A stretch of DNA of 64,000 nt, taken from positions 558,001-622,000 of the forward strand of contig JALDZX010000006.1 in the NCBI GenBank assembly GCA_022813865.1. The letters are read 5' to 3'. Each line of letters begins with the position of its first letter. Within the stretch, counting starts at the first letter, position 1. The DNA is from Xylographa opegraphella. Taxonomy: Eukaryota. Shown here piece by piece: positions 39,859-53,600 of the stretch. The position numbers were made by a program, and so were the translations under genes. Below the pieces are notes generated by a model. The model did not search any database. It saw only the letters and a list, made by a program, of their open reading frames with translations, and had not been told where the DNA came from.

Positions 39859-40105
39859 ATGCGACAACTGTCTACTCAATCAAGATACCCAACTCTGTTG
39901 CATTCGTCATAGGAGTCAAAACATCACATTATGCTTGCAAGTTGATATAAATTACATATTCAACCATGTATAGGGATCATAGGGTCTCATGAGCCATCAG
40001 TATGAACACATAGTATCAAACAAATTTCCCAACACCCATCACAGCTGCCAATTACGACGACGAGGTTCGCAAGCTGGAACACAACCAAACACCATATCAA
40101 CGAAC

Positions 40106-40335
40106 TCAGTTATGTACAGCTAATCATTGCGGCCCTCCCACGGATTTTTTTGGAATCCAAAAGAAAACACCGCACCCAAGATCGGCCGTCGTAGTATTAT
40201 TGCTCTCCATTCTCGTAGACGATTTCCGTAGGTCATGGAGATCAGACACCAGAGTGCAGACCGTCTCGCAGGAACGCTTTTATTGAGAATGTGGGTTTTT
40301 TGCGTTGTTCATAGGAGATGAAACGGAGAACGGAG
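40106..40335 (-). ncRNA. Candidate intron-encoded snoRNA-like RNA with multiple 18S rRNA-antisense segments
   Basis: Lies within GTATGT(40379)...TTCCAG(40074); 10-bp long-range stem, internal hairpin, H-box-like AGAGCA, terminal ACA and CUGA; four 10-14 nt matches to remembered 18S sequence. Confidence 0.5.
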
Positions 40336-40591
40336 CGAAGAGATTTTGATATACCGGTAGAAGACGCTAAGCTACATACGGAATAGTCGGTACCGGATTT
40401 TGATGGCACAATCCGGAGTTTATCAGATGCTTGTGTGTCAGAGAGCATGGAAGTTTCGCAATTGACATCGTGATCGAGCAAACCCACAACTGATGCGCAG
40501 AATCTGACATATTTCTACAAGTCTATGCTTCGAACACTAAAGTGTGCAATTGTCTTTTCAGATCTACTCTTGAGTACTACTTTTAATAAAC

Positions 40592-42576
40592 ATGGCATCC
40601 GACCAATCCCACAAGACAGGTGCGCCAATCCTAGCAGTGGTCACTAATGAACTGTCGCACCGACATGCTGACGCTACGGGGACAATGTAGCCATCCTGTC
40701 CGTTTATGATAAGACCGGACTCCTCGACCTTGCTAAAGGCCTTATACACCATAAGATCCGCCTTCTCGCATCTGGAGGCACCGCAAGGCTCATCCGCGAG
40801 GCCGGCTTTCAAGTGGAGTAGGTATATTTCTGCCATCCATAATTCACATTTAGCACAAGAGACAACCGACTGATTTACTTTTCATAGAGATGTCTCTGCG
40901 ATCACTCATGCCCCTGAGATGCTTTCGGGCCGGGTCAAGACACTTCACCCTGCAGTTCATGCTGGTATCCTGGCCCGTGATCTTGCCTCAGACGAGAAAG
41001 ACCTTGCGGAGCAGAATATAAACAAAGTCGATTATGTTGTGTGCAATCTCTACCCATTCAAGGATACTATAGCCAAAATCAACGTCACCATACCGGAGGC
41101 AGTCGAGGAAATAGACATTGGTGGAGTAACTCTTATTCGAGCGGCAGCGAAGAACCACGAACGGGTTACGATCTTGAGCGACCCTGAAGACTATGCTGGC
41201 TTTCTACAGGAACTCGGGAAAGGGGATGTAACAGAGAAGAGCAGGAAGCTATATGCACTGAAAGCATTTGAGCATACTGCAGACTATGATGCGACAATAT
41301 CGGATTTTTTTCGGAAAAAGTATGCGGGGAATGGCGAGCAGCAGATCTCCCTACGGTATGGAGCCAACCCACATCAAAAGCCTGCTTCGGCTTTTGTGAA
41401 AGGTGGCCGTTTACCATTCAAAGTTCTTAATGGAGCGCCAGGTTATATCAACCTACTGGATTCTTTGAATGCTTGGCCGCTGGTCAAAGAGTTAAAAGAA
41501 GCGCTAGGATTCCCAGCAGCGGCAAGCTTTAAGCATGTATCGCCAGCTGGTGCAGCGATTGGTGTACCCCTGAATGCGAAAGAGCGGAAAGTCTACATGG
41601 TGGACGACATTGAAGGGATCGAGAATTCAGGGTTAGCACAGGCATATGCTCGAGCAAGGGGTGCCGATAGAATGTCAAGCTTTGGAGATATAGTAGCGTT
41701 GTCGGACGAGGTTGACGTTCCCACTGCACGAATCATCTCAAAGGAGGTATCAGACGGCGTTATTGCACCTGGTTATACACAAGAGGCATTGGACATACTG
41801 TCGAAGAAAAAGGGCGGGAAGTATCTCGTATTACAAATGGATGAGACTTACGAACCACATGGAGTGGAAACCCGGACGGTTTATGGTATCAGCTTACGGC
41901 AGGGCCGAAATGATGTGAAGATCACGCCATCTGATACTTTCAGCGCAATCATTACTCCAAAGGACTCTAGTCCTTTACTGGAAGCATCGCTCAGAGATCT
42001 TACAGTGGCAACCATTGCTTTAAAATACACTCAATCGAATTCCGTCTGTTATGCCTTGAACGGTCAGGTAATTGGTCTCGGAGCTGGACAACAGTCCAGA
42101 ATTCATTGCACACGATTGGCCGGTGACAAGGCAGACAACTGGTGGATGCGTTTCCACGAGCGAGCGCTCGACCTCAAATGGAAGAAAGGCACGAAACGGC
42201 CTGACAAGAGCAACGCAATCGACATGCTCTGTAGTGGTCAAATTCCTAAAGAGGGTATCGAGAGAGAAGACTTTGAGAAGAACTTTGACGAAGTACCCAA
42301 GGACTTTTCAGAAGAGGAAAGAGAGGCCTGGCTGAAGAAGCTGAGTGAGGTCGCTGTCTCCAGCGATGCCTTTGTATGCTCCCAGCCAGACCCCAGCCAG
42401 CACACCGCTGACTTGAACAGTTCCCTTTCATCGACAATGTCTTCAGAGCTGCTCGCTCCGGAGTAAAGTACATAGCAGCGCCTACCGGTAGCCAGAATGA
42501 TCAGGCAGTCTTCGATACGGCCCAGATATTGGGTATTACGTTTGTGGAACAGAGTGTGCGGTTGTTCCATCACTAA
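40592..42576 (+). CDS. ADE17: Bifunctional AICAR transformylase/IMP cyclohydrolase (Ade16/17, PurH), three introns
   Basis: [85 protein letters not shown], ends RLFHH. Confidence 0.97.
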
Positions 42577-43165
42577 GGAAGGCTGTGCATATCTGCAAGG
42601 AATAGAGGACAAAGCTATTATAAGCTATGATAGATTCACGCTTCTATCTGGTCGCAAGGTACGACACATAGAAGGGATCGGGCATAGAAAAAAGCCTTAG
42701 ACAACTCCGTACAGCTAGAATCGCTCTTTCACGCAAAGTCTGGGGGCACAACTATGCGAATGCTAGTTGCTTGGCAGGATTCATACGCAAGTGATGATCG
42801 TACTGTATACCTTACCTATCTTCATTCCATGCTGTGATCTTCTCATGCAACCTCTCACTACACCAGTTTTCTAGTTCCACTATAAGTTACTCCGTAGACT
42901 TTAGCGCTATTACGACAATGAACGGCCTCTACTTATTCCGTTCCGGCGGCGCGACTTCATCAACTTCCAGGAGCAAGACAAATAATTTCGAACACATTAC
43001 ACAGCTCGACCACTGTGAACACTTCATCCTCACTCTCTTTTCTTTCCAGCTACTAGCAAACGTGGTGTCAGGGTGTCTGTTCAAATATTTCTCTGGTCAC
43101 TGTCGTCTTCCCATTTGACAACACAAAATTGTCGTGCATGAGCGCGACCAAACATAGTTGCAATT

Positions 43166-46100
43166 ATGGCGAGCGCTTTGCCCATTCGCTTTACTGAGCT
43201 TCTTCAGGTATGACTGATTCCGCTCTGCTTATAAGATAATGGGTAGCTAATCTACATCTTAACAGCTCACCCAAGTGAATATTCTTGTATGTCGATCTGA
43301 CAGTTCCAGGCAATCAATACAAGCTGACAATATCAAAGCCCTCGGCAATTGGTTTCAATTCATGTGTAAGCATTATGAATATCTACTATAATATCAGAAC
43401 ACTGACAACTACCTCAGACGCTTGAATCGGACGCCTTCATCTGCGTCCGCCAGAAAGTCAGCGAAGAAGCGCAACCTGAAGTGGTGATAATAAATCTCAA
43501 GAACGATAATGAGGTTATTCGACGCCCAATCAAGGCTGATAGTGCCATTATGCACTGGCACAAGCAGGTCATTGCACTCAAAGCTCAACAACGAACTCTT
43601 CAGATCTTCGACCTAGGCCAGAAAGTCAAGCTCAAGTCGACCATGATGAATGAAGATGTCCTATTCTGGAAGTGGATAAGTGTTGATGTTCTGGGTTTAG
43701 TCACAGAGACTTCTATATTTCACTGGAACGTGTTTGACGAGAATGAACCCGCACCCCTCAAAATCTTCGAGCGAAACGCTAATCTCAGCGTAAGCACAAG
43801 CTGTTGTTTCCAGTCAACCGTAGCTAACTAGTGGTACGTAGGGATGTCAAATTATCAACTATCGTGTCAATGAAGATGACAAGTGGATGGTGGTTGTGGG
43901 TATCTCACAACAACAGGGCCGTGTGGTTGGCGCCATGCAGCTCTACTCCCGGGATCGTGGCATAAGCCAGGCGATCGAGGGACATGCGGCTGCTTTCGGG
44001 ACAATCCATCTCGAAGGAGCCCCAGCTGACACTAGGGTTTTCACGTTTGCTGTTCGCACTGCTACGGGTGCGAAGCTGCACGTAGTAGAGATTGACCATC
44101 AGCAGGGAAATCCGGTATTCCCCAAAAAGGCCGTCGATGTCTATTTTCCTTCGGAAGCAACGAATGACTTTCCAGTTGCAATGCAAGTTTCGCAAAGATA
44201 CAGCATAATCTACTTGGTCACAAAGTATGGTTTCATTCATTTGTACGATCTTGAGACGGGCACATGCATTTTCATGAATCGCATTTCAAGCGAGACTATA
44301 TTCACGACGGCTCCAGACTCCGAATCAGCTGGAATAGTGGGTGTGAATCGCAAGGGTCAAGTTCTATCCGTCAGCGTCGACGAGACAACTATCATTTCTT
44401 ACCTCCTGCAAAATCCGGCAAATTCTACTCTTGCAGTCAAACTGGCTTCCAGAGCTGCGCTTCCGGGGGCGGATAGTCTCTACGAGCAGCAGTTTGAGCA
44501 ACTTTGTGCACAGCAAGATTGGGTAGAGGCTGCTAAGATTGCGGCAAATTCACCTCGTGGCTTCCTGCGCACCCCTCAAACTATAGAACGATTCAAGCAT
44601 GTACAGGCACAGCCAGGCAATCAGCTCTCAATTGTTCTACAGTACTTTGGTATGTTACTTGACAAGGGAGCGCTCAATCGTGTGGAGAGCATTGAATTGG
44701 TACGACCGGTGATGCTGCAGAGCCGCAAGCATTTACTGGAAAAATGGCTGAAGGAGAACAAATTGGAGTGCTCCGAGGAGCTGGGAGATATCGTTCGACC
44801 ACATGACGTCCCGCTTGCTCTCACTATCTATTTAAGAGCAAATGTCGCGCCTAAGGTCGTTGCAGGGTTAGCTGAGACTGGCCAATTCGATAAAATCTTG
44901 CCGTACACCAAGCAAAGTGGTTACCAACCTGACTATGCCATGCTACTCCAGAACATTGTCAGGGTAAACCCCGAAAAAGGTGCAGAATTCGCCACTGCTC
45001 TTGCAAACTCTGAAGGTGGTCCATTAGTGGATATTGATAGAGTTGTGGACGTCTTCCAGTCGCAAAATATGATTCAGCAAGCGACCGCTTTTCTTCTCGA
45101 TGCTTTGAGAGAGAACTTACCAGAACAAGGCCATCTGCAAACACGACTGCTCGAAATGAATCTGGTCAACGCACCACAAGTTGCGGATGCTATCCTTGGT
45201 AATGAGATGTTCTCGCATTACGATAAGGCTAGAATTGCGCAACTTTGCGAAAACGCACAGCTTTATCAGCGCGCCTTGGAGAATTCGGATGATCCTGCTC
45301 TAATCAAGAGAAACATTGTACGAACCGACAAGCTGACACCGGAATGGCTCATTTCATACTTTGGTACTTTGTCTCTTGAGCAGTCATTTGAGTGTATGAA
45401 TGAAATGTTGAAGGTCAACATCCGACAGAACCTACAGGCTGTTGTTCAAATCGCAACCAAGTACTCCGATCTACTTGGACCTACACGTCTCATTGAGATA
45501 TTCGAGAAGTATCGCACTGCTGAAGGACTATACTACTATCTGGGGAGCATCGTCAATCTAAGCGAGGACCCTGATGTACACTTCAAGTACATTGAGGCAG
45601 CAACGAAAATGAGTCAGTTCACAGAGGTCCAACGTATCTGTCGAGACAGCAACTACTATAATCCAGAGAAAGTCAAAAACTTCTTGAAAGAAGCCCGTCT
45701 TACGGAGCAACTGCCTTTGATCATTGTCTGCGATCGTTTCAACTTCATTCACGATCTTGTACTCTACCTCTATCAGAGCCAGCAGTTCAAATCAATCGAG
45801 ATATATGTACAGCAAGTCAACCCTGCACGAACTCCTGCTGTCATTGGTGGTCTTCTCGATGTTGACTGTGACGAGTCAATCATCAAGGGTCTTCTCCAAT
45901 CAGTCAATCCAGCCTCAATACCTGTCGACGAACTTGTGTCTGAGGTCGAATCGCGAAACCGGTTGAAGCTCCTCCTTCCGTTCTTGGAGGGTACTCTTGC
46001 GAGTGGGAATCAACAGCAGGCAGTCTACAACGCTCTTGCTAAGATTTACATCGACAGCAACAACAATCCAGAGAAATTCCTTAAGGAGAACGATCTCTAT

Positions 46101-48476
46101 GACACTTTGACGGTTGGTAAGTATTGCGAGAAGCGCGACCCCAATCTTGCGTACATAGCCTATCGAAAAGGGCAAAATGATTTGGAGCTGATAAACATCA
46201 CCAACGAGAATTCCATGTACAAAGCCCAGGCACGGTATCTCCTAGAGCGTGCAGATCCTGAGATATGGGCGTTTGTATTGAATGGCAATAACCATCATCG
46301 GCGATCGTTGATTGACCAAGTTATATCTACGGCTGTGCCTGAGTCAACTGAGCCGGACAAAGTTTCTATCGCAGTGAAAGCGTTCTTGGACGCTGATCTC
46401 CCCGCCGAGTTGATCGAGCTACTTGAGAAAATCATCCTCGAGCCGTCCCCGTTCAGCGACAATGGCAGCCTCCAAAATCTTCTTATGTTCACCGCTGCGA
46501 AAGCTGACAAAGGTCGGTTGATGGAGTACATTCATCAGTTGTCTGCTTACAATGCCGAGGAGATTGCAAATACCTGTATTTCTGTTGGTCTCTTCGAAGA
46601 AGCCTTTGAGATCTACAAAAAGGAAGATAATCATGTAGCTGCTACTAACGTCTTAGTCGACCACGTTGTCAGTATTGACAGGGCTCAAGAGTATGCAGAG
46701 CGCGTAGAACTGCCGGAGGTGTGGAGCAAAGTCGCGAAGGCTCAACTGGATGGTCTCCGCGTTACAGATTCTATCGAGTCTTACATCCGAGCTCAGGACG
46801 CTGGCAACTATAACGAAGTCATTGATATCGCTACACATGCTGGGAAGGATCAGGATCTTATCAAATATCTGCGGATGGCACGAAAGACTCTGCGAGAGCC
46901 TGTGATTGATACTGGTCTTGCATTCTGCTTTGCTCGCACTGATCAGCTCAGTGAACTTGAGGACTTCTTACGCTCCCCAAATGTTGCCGATATCGAACGA
47001 TCTGGTGACAAAGCTTACGAAGAAGGCTATCACCAAGCGGCAAAGATTTTCTTCACCAGTATCTCCAACTGGGCAAAGCTTGCCACTACTCTTGTTCATC
47101 TCGAGGAATATCAAGCTGCGGTCGAATGCGCACGTAAGGCTAACAGTGTCAAGGTGTGGAAGCAAGTCAATGAGGCTTGTATAGCCAAAAAGGAGTTTCG
47201 TCTGGCCAAGATATGTGGTCTGCATCTCATTGTGCATGCTGAAGAGCTGGCCGACCTTATTCGCCAATACGAGCGTGCTGGATACTTCGATGAGCTTCTG
47301 GATCTGCTTGAAGCTGGTCTTAGTCTGGAGCGAGCGCACATGGGAATGTTCACCGAGATGGGCATTGCACTCTCCAAGTACCATCCTGAGAAGGTCATGG
47401 AACATCTCAAACTCTTCTGGTCGCGCATCAACATCCCCAAGATGATCAAAGCTTGCGAAGATGCGGCGCTTTGGCCAGAATTGATCTTCCTCTATGCACA
47501 TTACGACGAGTGGGATAATGCGGCATTGGCCATGATGGAGCGTGCCGCCGACGCATGGGAACATCACTCATTTAAGGACATCATCGTCAAAGTAGCAAAC
47601 CTCGAGATCTACTACCGCGCACTCAGCTTCTACATGGCAGAACAGCCTTCGCTTTTGACAGATCTACTCCAGGTGTTGACGCCACGCATCGACGTCAATC
47701 GTGTGGTTCGTATGTTTGACAAATCAGACGACATGCCGCTCATTAAGCCATTCCTCCAAGCTGTCCAGACGCAGAACAAGCGAGCTGTCAACAATGCCAT
47801 CAACGATCTCTTGATTGAGGAAGAGGATTATAAGACGCTGAAAGATTCTGTGGAAAATTACGACAACTACGATCCTGTCGAGCTAGCCCAGCGACTGGAA
47901 AAGCATGATCTCGTCTTCTTCCGCCAGATTGCGGCCAATATCTACCGAAAGAACAAGCGCTGGGAGAAGTCAATCGCCTTATCAAAGCAAGACAAGCTCT
48001 TCAAGGATGCCATTGAGACTGCGGCTTTATCGGGCAAGAGCGACGTGGTGGAGGAACTTTTGCGATATGTACGTCAACACTACGTCCATAAATATGCACA
48101 TTACTAATTGATGTTATAGTTCGTTGACATTGGCAGCCGTGAATGCTATGTTGGCATGCTCTACGCTTGCTACGACCTTATCCACCTTGACGTGGTAATG
48201 GAGATTTCCTGGCGCCACGGCCTGAACGACTTCACCATGCCCTTCATGATTAATTTCATGAGCCAGCAGGCTTCAACTATTGAGTCTCTCAAGCGTGACA
48301 ACGAAGAGCGAAAAGCTCGTGAAGCAAAGGAACAGAAAGAGGAAGACAATACGCCAATCCTGGGCGGCTCCCGACTTATGCTCACCCAAGGCCCCGCTGG
48401 CAATGCTCCGTCTCCAGTGTCATACCAGCACACCAATGGTTTCACACCACAGCCAACGGGCTTTCGCGCTTTCTAG
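43166..48476 (+). CDS. CHC1: Clathrin heavy chain; exons 43166-43207, 43266-43286, 43339-43365, 43418-43789, 43842-48068, 48120-48476
   Basis: LPIRFTELLQL, TLESD, RRPIKADSAIM, DFPVAMQVS, TKYGFIHLYDLETG, CHCR repeats, GKYCEKRDP, LERAHMGMFTE. Confidence 0.98.
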
Positions 48477-49017
48477 ATGACTGGGTTCTGTCAACGAGAT
48501 TTCAAAAACTGGCCGGACTGAAAGAAGGGACCAGATAATGGGGGTGAGTACCTGACGCGCAACGACCTGACATATGATCAGCCGATGTGTGCCGCTTCTG
48601 TTGTGTATGTAGCACTTCTACTAACCAATTGGATTAGTTGCTGAGCCAGCGTGAGGGCCTGGCATCTATCCTAGCTAAGCGTATTGTCTAAAAACCCTGA
48701 GGGGGAAGCAAGAGGCTTCGGGTTTGGAGCTCTTACGGCGTGATTTGTACACTAGTGGTCGTAATCAGAACATGAAACCAATGCCTTAATTTATGCCTGC
48801 AGATCACAATGATTATCAAGAATCTCTGGGCAATGCGTAAGGTGCTATTCAAAGCTGCCCTCCATCTGATGTGACTTCTGTGATTGCCTTGTGTACCTTC
48901 CCGGACAACAAGCCACCAAACCCCCTTGTTGTTGATATTGGTCACAAAGCGATTACTTCCAGCAACGCAGCAATGGGAGATCAAGACCTAAGCTCCACTA
49001 CTGACACAACAGATCAT

Positions 49018-49564
49018 ATGAGGCCTTTACTTCACCCGGCCAGATCGAAGCACACCCATACATTCAATTTTCTCCATGGCCCGCGGTGACAATGCTCACA
49101 ACTTTGGCCCCCAGTTCATGGTTTTCGAGCACTCTTCCAACCGAGCCCTTCAAGACCTTCTCCCCGGCGGAAAATTCGTCTTCCCAACGGCCAAGCGGCG
49201 TCGCATGGCCGCCAGTAAGCGGTGATTTTGCGATAGAACTCTCGGAGATGGTGCTGACCGTCCCGCCATCGGCGCGGTGGTCGGGATGAGCGGCTGGCTA
49301 CCTTTCCGCAAGCAGATCGAGGATATTATGAGTGCAGCGAAGGGCAGCGACCTGGGAGATGACTCTTTCGATCGAGGCGACGCCTCGGACTCGGCGTCTA
49401 CGACCGGCAGAGAAGTGCAAGCTGTCAATTACCTCCGAGAAAACGTCAACCTGCTTGTTCTCGCTGCTGCTCAGACGACGGCTGCTTTGTGGACGCCGGT
49501 GTTCTTGGGCCACGGCACCGCTGATTTGACGGTGTTCTGCACACTTACTCGGCTATCGCTCTGA
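49018..49564 (+). pseudogene. Decayed phospholipase/carboxylesterase (acyl-protein thioesterase-like)
   Basis: HTHTFNFLHG(+1 frameshift)RGDNA...KFVFPTAKRRR, in-frame TGA, then AVVGMSGWLPF...TPVFLGHGTAD; the GxSxG nucleophile region is absent. Confidence 0.8.
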
Positions 49565-50603
49565 GTTGGCTGTCAGAATAAAGATTTTAGTAGATATTGC
49601 TCCCAGTCATCAAGGAGGTTAGATCCCAACAATTTCATCGTGAGAATGACATATATCGCATCACCATCCACACGGACGGTTTTCCACAATCACACAATAC
49701 TGCAGCATGTTCCAGCCTCTGGCTCGCCTCGCTCCAAGCTCCATCCCCGGCTACAGCGCCCGCAGCTGATCAGCCATCTTGATATCCCACCAAGACCCAT
49801 CATGAACTGCAGCTGATACACTGGCGGTCGAGAAGCAGGGTATCCTCCACGGATTCCCGTTTCGAAGTCTTCAGAGCTTGTCTACCGAGCTCGCGCTATA
49901 AAAGCAAGTGGCGTTACATGCACAACTTGATGAGGAGGATTCACTCGTGCCTTCTCCTCGGTTTGCTTTGGCCAATGGTTCGTGGAGCAGTCAGTCGCGC
50001 TGCCGATGGAGTAGATGGGTTTGCATTTCGTCTCGGGGATTGGTGGAAAGCTGTAGAGAAGCTGGGAAGGGTCAGCTTGGAGTTCCTCGTTCTTGAGAGG
50101 TCAGCCTTGACCTTGCCCTATTTTCTGCAAACCAGCACCTCGATTCATGTTGAGTTAATTTAGAACAGCACAGAGCATAGTCGTCGCAGATGGTAAAGCT
50201 GTGGAGGGTCCTTCTGCGAATCATTCCCTGAGACGATTTTGGCTCATCGATATTCCTTTGGATAAGGGAAGTAAGGTGACGATGCAGTCGTTGCTGGCGG
50301 CGGAAGTTCATGGAAGCGGTTAAGTTACAAGAGAGATACTAGCAGTCGGTGTTTCTGGTGGTCAGGGGGTCGGAAACCGTGGCTGACGCTCTGAAACGGA
50401 ACGATGTGCTTGAGCAGCTGTCCTCAAAATGTTGTAGAGTTCGTTGGGCTGTATTGTATACATAGAGCGAGAATCGAGGTATTGGTTGCATAAACAGATG
50501 AATGCAAGCTCTTACTGGCGATCTTGTCGGATTAAAAAGGTATTAAGTCTCGATTCGATCGCAGCCGTCAAATCACTGAGCCAACAACCTCCGCGCCTTA
50601 CCA

Positions 50604-53600
50604 TTACATGAGGCTGCTCCTCCCTCCAATCTCCATTCCACCTTGGCCACTAGGCATCTCCCCATTCCTCCCTACTTGGAACTCCCTGTATATCCTCCCC
50701 AGCTTCCTCCTCTCGTCCGTGCTGATAGAGCTCCTCGTGGTGGATAGAGAAGCTGTGATGTGGCCCCATCGAATCACCACTTCCGGGGTTTTCCCCGCGT
50801 CTGTGCTGCTCTTTTGTTGAAAGCCGGAATCTCCACCATGACGCGAAGCCCGTTCTTTCCGCTTAGCCAGCTTTACAGCTTCAAGCTTAGTGATGAGAGC
50901 AGCGCGCTCGGCGATCTGTTGAAAGCGGTTGATGCCCGAAATAGCGCGCTCAGCAGCTTCGAGACGTTCTTCGTCTTCGCCAAATCGAAACTGTACAAGT
51001 TCTCTACCCAGAGCTGTTACGGAGGGTGATCGCCTAGACTTCTCTTTGATTCCATTCGTCAATGGTGTGCTACCCTTGTGATCACCAAGAACATCGTGGA
51101 TGGCTTCCAAGTGGGCATTGTACACTACAGCTTGGAGATCGGCTCCAGAATAGCCATCTGTTCGGTAGGCTATTTCAACCAGATCCCTTCCTGATCCCTT
51201 CCCATCTAAGACGTTCGGGTCGATCTTGAGTTTCGTGCTCAAAGCACGCAAAATATCAAGGCGGTCTTCCACGTTAGGTAGATCGCAGATAAGCGATTTG
51301 TCTAAGCGTCCGGGACGTAATAAAGCAGGATCGATGAGATCAGGTCTCGATGTCGCAGCAAGAACATAGACACCAGAAAGGCCTTCAGCGCCATCCATTT
51401 GCGTGAGAAGTTGATTGACGACACGGTCAGTAACCCCTGTAGAGTCGTGGCCTCGCTTAGGCGCAATACTATCAAATTCATCGAAAAATAGTACGCATGG
51501 CCTGGCCGCCTCTGCTCGTTCGAACAAATCTCGTACGCTCTTCTCGCTGGCACCAATATATTTGTTCAATATCTCAGGGCCCTTTACACTTATGAAGTTC
51601 AAACCGCATTCACCAGCCACGGCGCTGGCCAGAAGTGTCTTGCCACAACCAGGATACCCATATAGTAATAAGCCTGACCGTAATCGAAGTGGGCATTGTG
51701 CAAAGATTGGAGCATAGGTAGTGGGATATTGCAGAGTCTCCAACAGGATTCTTCGTGTTGCATGAAGACCGCCAATTGAGGCAAATGTCGTTGAAGATGA
51801 CTGCAGCGTAAAATTTCTCAGGGACGCTGGTATGAATCCTTTTAGTGCTTCAAGGAAATTCTCCTTAGCGAGATGGATACTGGATGAAGTATTCAAGTTC
51901 GATGTGTTCTTAGTACACATTATGAGAGCTTCGTTTCTTGCGCGAGAGACCAGTAAGACCAAATCCCCAGGCATGTAACCGTCTGTAAGTCCTGCAATTT
52001 CGAGAAAGTCAAGTTCACGGGCGAGTACGAAACCGCCATCTTCTCCTGCGGATGCTGGACGACTGCTCGGTAGAGATCCGTCCATCCAGCCTTTATCATC
52101 TGTAGACAAGGAATGGCCGTTAGTCCCAAAAGTTACCGAATGACCACCTTCGCTTAGCGTTGTAAGGAATTCTAGGATGTGTCGTCGGATATCCTTTGTC
52201 GGGGCCTTGAGATTCACAATCTCACGCACAACATTACCACCAATGATTACAGAGTTCAGAGCATTCTTGCTCTGTGCGGTTGCTAACAGGGTGACTTCAG
52301 ATTCTGGTCCATGATATTGACGAGCAATGGAGCGAATCAGTTCGCTCAATTGACGGCTCTTTCCATTCTCATTACCAACTTCCAGCTCCGTCTCTACCGG
52401 ACACAGCTTATCCAGATCATCAAGAATGACCAGAGAGCGGCCTCCCATACGAGCAGCCCATGATGCTGCCATGAAGACTCGGTCAAACGTCTCTTTAACG
52501 GTAGAAACACGTATTTCATCACTGATGAGTTTTCGACATGGGAAATAAGAAACATGACAGAAATGCTTTCGACGAAGGGTATCACCAACGACTAACGCAG
52601 ACGAGGTTTTACCAGATCCTAGACCACCACTCAAAAGTACCGATGAATGATGGAGCACATGAGAAGTGACTTTCGATAAGACACTATCAATTCCCACTAA
52701 TATCGGGATTGTAAAAGAAATAGACTGAGCATCTGTACTTGGTGCTTTGTGAAAGTCTATAGGATTGGTCGTCTCATGTTGAATATCGATTTTGGTATGC
52801 GTCTCACTATCACCAACGAACCACCGGGGTCTCGGTTTATCCTCCTCGAAAGCAATTCCAGGGGGAGTAAAACGAAGGATTCCTCCATCCCATGACGGTA
52901 CGGACCCAGAAGCATCGGACTTCGGCATGATGAACCCGTCGGTAATGGGTCCTTGCAGTATACCATCGTTGCCACCAAAAATAGTCAAAATCTTCTGAGC
53001 CGCCGCATCACGGCCAGCTTTACTTGTGCCTCCAAGTTTGAGACCTTCCATTTGACGCGAGCTCGATTGAGTGAATGGATACAACTTCAAGCTACTCACC
53101 ATAGAGCTATTTACTGGACTAGATGGTACCTCGAGCTTTACTATCCCACCAGTCATGTTGTCCGCTCCGAGTGTAGCGCACAACAAAGAGCTAAGAACAA
53201 CATGTTGGTCATCCGGAGCACTCTCCCAAGCCAGAAGTTTAGCTACAACCTTGGTTGCATATTTCCCAACATCACTGTTCTCCTGGTCCCTCAATTTTTG
53301 TTGCTGCTGAGGGTCCATGGGTATGCGTAAACCTGCTGGATCCACTATTGACACACATATCCATTCGCAATCTGTGAACTTCTTGCGCTGAAGGACTTCT
53401 TGATCAACCCAGACTTTCAACCCAACATCAGTAGCAGCAGGTTCTTCATCGTCAAACCAGTCTGCACTGATTGCTCGACTTACACCCCTAAGAAATACAA
53501 AATGGCGAGGATTGGCGTCGTCATGGCGATGGTTATAACGACGACTTGTCCCTGAAGAGCTTCTGGGCCCGGCGCTCCGTTGGCTAATACTTGTATTGCT

